A stretch of 64,000 nucleotides of DNA from Dehalococcoidia bacterium (GTDB taxonomy: Bacteria; Chloroflexota; Dehalococcoidia; UBA2979): contig QZJI01000016.1 of the NCBI GenBank assembly GCA_003599735.1, positions 1,923 to 65,922 on the forward strand, read 5' to 3'. Positions 61,871 to 64,000 of this stretch are shown here, in pieces. A model generated the notes under the pieces. The model made no database searches. It saw only the letters and a list, made by a program, of their open reading frames with translations, and was not told the origin of the DNA. The translations under genes were made by a program, and so were the position numbers. Position 1 is the first letter of the stretch. Each line of letters opens with the position of its first letter.

Positions 61871-64000
61871 ATGGCCGGGAAGATCGAGACGCGAGCAATG
61901 GCTCGGACCAGGACAACCCGCCGTGTCCGCGGCGCACGTGCTACCGGGAGCGTTCCCGACATTACGGACGCCGGACGCATGCTGCTTCGCCCCGAAGTGA
62001 TCGGGACGGTGCTCGTTGTGGTCGCGGCGGCAGCCGTGCCTTCGGTCATCCCGCTTACTGGCGTCATTAGCGAGGCGCGCGACAGCGTCATTGCCACCCT
62101 GGGTCTCCATGTCTTCACGACTATCGTCCTGCTCGCCGTGCTCGGTGCGGTGCTTGCGCTCCGCCGTGCCGACCTCCTGCGGAGCCATATCAGGCACATC
62201 ACCGGTGTCGCGCTGTTGCTGCTCTTCGTCTCCGGCCTGCTTGCCCGCTGGTACCCGGAGACCCGTGTCGGTGGAGTCGATCTCCACGAGGTCTCCGCTG
62301 GAGGCTCGCTCGGCCGGCTGTCCACGTACGGGCTCTGGTTGACACTCGGCTGGCTGGCGCTCGCACCGCTCGGTTACGCGCTGTTGTGGCCGCGGACTGC
62401 CTGGTCTGTGGCGCGTACGACCCCGCCCGCGACGTGGGAGACGTTGAAGTGGATATGGGGTCTTGGTTTGCATCGGCGCGTCGCTGCGGCGCTCGTCGCC
62501 CTTGTCCGTCATCGCTCTCCCGAGACAGTCGACGAGATCTGGGATGTGGAGGACGGAGGCGATCTGCCCGCACCTAAACCGTCCCGCCGGCCTCGCGCCG
62601 CTGCCGTTGACCCTGTGCCGGCACTGGACGAAACGTCCGCCGCCAAAACGGCTGCGCAGCTGGGAATGGACCTCGATACTCCGATCGCGGAACAGCGCGA
62701 CGCGAGTGGTGGCTGGCAGCTGCCCCCGCTCAAAATGCTTGCCAAAGTAGAGACGCCGAAGTCCGCTGCTGTGGACAATGAGCGGCGTGCCCGGCTGATC
62801 GAGCAGACGCTCGCCTCCTTCGGTGTTGACGCCGCCGTTGTCGAGGTGAACGAAGGCCCCGCGATTACGCAGTTTGGTGTCGAACCCGGATGGGACGTGA
62901 AGACCAAAATAGTCCCGGAGCGGGACGCCTCGGGCCGTCCTATCTTCGAGGCTGACGGCACCCCCCGTGCCTCCGAGGTCGAAGTCTCGCGCACCCGCAT
63001 CCGGGTGAACCGGATCACCGCGCTCCAGACCGACCTCGCCCTCGCCCTCGCCTCCCCGGCACTCCGCGTCGAAGCGCCCGTGCCGGGTAAGGCGATGGTT
63101 GGCATCGAAGTGCCGAACGGAAGCACCTCGGTCGTCTCGTTGCGCTCCGTCATGGAGTCGCCGGCGTTTCAGAAGTTCGCCCCGAGGGCGGCGCTCCCGG
63201 TCGCCCTCGGTCAAGGCGTGTCGGGCGAGCCGGTGTTCGCCGACCTGGCGAAGATGCCTCACCTGCTGATTGCAGGCGCGACTGGCTCCGGCAAGTCGGT
63301 ATGTCTGAACACGATCATCACAGGCTTGCTGATGAACTACTCCCCGGAGCAACTGCGTTTTGTGATGGTCGACCCAAAGCGGGTTGAATTGACCTCGTTC
63401 GGCAAGATCCCCCACCTCGCGTTCTCCGAGATCGTCGTGGAGATGGACCGCGTGGTCGGCACGCTGCAGGCTGTGATCAACGAGATGGACACGCGCTACC
63501 GGCGCTTCGCGCAAGATGGTGTCCGGAATATCGAACGGTTCAATGAGAAGAACCCGACGCGTCGCCTGCCCTACTGGGTGGTTGTCATCGACGAGTTGGC
63601 CGACCTGATGATGGCGGTGCCATATCAGGTGGAGCACCAGTTGGTGCGCCTTGCGCAACTCGCGCGGGCGACCGGCATTCACTTGATCGTGGCCACGCAA
63701 CGTCCGTCCGTGGACGTCATCACCGGCCTGATCAAGGCGAACTTCCCCACCCGTATCGCCTTCGCAGTCTCCTCGATGGTGGATTCGCGCACGATCCTCG
63801 ACCAGGCTGGTGCCGAGAAGTTGTTGGGCAAGGGCGACATGTTGTACGTGCCACCCGAGGCGCAGAAGCCGAAGCGCGTCCAAGGCGTTTACGTTTCCGA
63901 CGACGAGATCGAGTCGGTGGTGAAGTTCTGGACACAGCCGCGCTTCGGACGGCTCGCCCCGGAGAAGTACGACGATGCCCTGACGGCGGCCATCGAAGAG
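61871..64000 (+). CDS. ftsK: DNA translocase FtsK/SpoIIIE (3' end beyond the window)
   Basis: This frame has no stop from 61847 to the window end, so it is absent from the ORF track. Hand translation gives N-terminal TM helices, a linker, then VNEGPAITQFGVEP, Walker A GATGSGKS, Walker B VVVIDELADL and ATQRPSVDVITG. The start is ATG 61871 or 61898. Confidence 0.9.
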   Translation, partial: MAGKIETRAMARTRTTRRVRGARATGSVPDITDAGRMLLRPEVIGTVLVVVAAAAVPSVIPLTGVISEARDSVIATLGLHVFTTIVLLAVLGAVLALRRADLLRSHIRHITGVALLLLFVSGLLARWYPETRVGGVDLHEVSAGGSLGRLSTYGLWLTLGWLALAPLGYALLWPRTAWSVARTTPPATWETLKWIWGLGLHRRVAAALVALVRHRSPETVDEIWDVEDGGDLPAPKPSRRPRAAAVDPVPALDETSAAKTAAQLGMDLDTPIAEQRDASGGWQLPPLKMLAKVETPKSAAVDNERRARLIEQTLASFGVDAAVVEVNEGPAITQFGVEPGWDVKTKIVPERDASGRPIFEADGTPRASEVEVSRTRIRVNRITALQTDLALALASPALRVEAPVPGKAMVGIEVPNGSTSVVSLRSVMESPAFQKFAPRAALPVALGQGVSGEPVFADLAKMPHLLIAGATGSGKSVCLNTIITGLLMNYSPEQLRFVMVDPKRVELTSFGKIPHLAFSEIVVEMDRVVGTLQAVINEMDTRYRRFAQDGVRNIERFNEKNPTRRLPYWVVVIDELADLMMAVPYQVEHQLVRLAQLARATGIHLIVATQRPSVDVITGLIKANFPTRIAFAVSSMVDSRTILDQAGAEKLLGKGDMLYVPPEAQKPKRVQGVYVSDDEIESVVKFWTQPRFGRLAPEKYDDALTAAIEE

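Noticed and set aside
60156-63883. Minus-strand ORFs of 593 aa (60156..61937) and 698 aa (61787..63883) covering rnj and ftsK
   Set aside because: These are antisense shadows. The plus-strand frames carry unmistakable RNase J and FtsK motifs, while the minus-strand products are Arg/His/Asp-rich without motifs.
1-64000. CRISPR arrays, tandem repeat arrays, IS elements, rRNA and tRNA genes
   Set aside because: Scanning the intergenic spacers by eye found no regularly spaced direct repeats, no terminal inverted repeats flanking a transposase, and no tRNA-like T-arm/acceptor patterns. The only RNA gene recognised is rnpB. A tRNAscan or Rfam run would be needed to be certain.

Overview
This is a high-GC bacterial chromosomal segment, densely packed with about 60 housekeeping protein genes plus one RNase P RNA gene. 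I saw no rRNA, tRNA, CRISPR array or intact mobile element. The gene content (DapL-type lysine pathway, archaeal-type ApgM, HisZ, RNase J, type-A RNase P RNA) suggests a Chloroflexota/Thermomicrobia-like or other high-GC Terrabacteria lineage, but this is inference only. The blocks, in order:
- polA-mutM
- bcp, a hydrolase and an MFS transporter
- korAB with a QueD-like gene
- a run of unknown genes ending in a SAM methyltransferase
- a long minus-strand array: hflX, dapL, GNAT, dapF, miaA, tpiA, apgM, pgk, polyprenyl synthase, penicillin-acylase homolog, rpiB
- guaA-purD-x-cupin-purB-purC-purS
- a minus-strand his operon (hisZ-hisG-x-hisD-hisC-hisB-x-hisN) preceded by birA, an aminotransferase and murE
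- a CoA-transferase/acyl-CoA dehydrogenase module with MarR
- rnpB and a serine-recombinase homolog
- yceD-rpmF-fabD-fabG-nusB-acpP, tatBC, udg, rnj and ftsK (3' truncated by the window edge)

Most notable observations:
1. A His-rich 33-codon leader ORF with a textbook 1:2/2:3/3:4 alternative-hairpin attenuator lies upstream of hisZ.
2. HisG is internally duplicated, and its N-terminal copy lacks the PRPP loop.
3. Foreign-looking genes are translationally coupled inside the his and pur operons.
4. The serine-recombinase homolog next to rnpB lacks the catalytic-serine motif.
5. A 324-nt structured gene-free gap may encode an RNA.

Many long arginine/alanine-rich ORFs in the supplied track are antisense or out-of-frame shadows of real genes and were not called.
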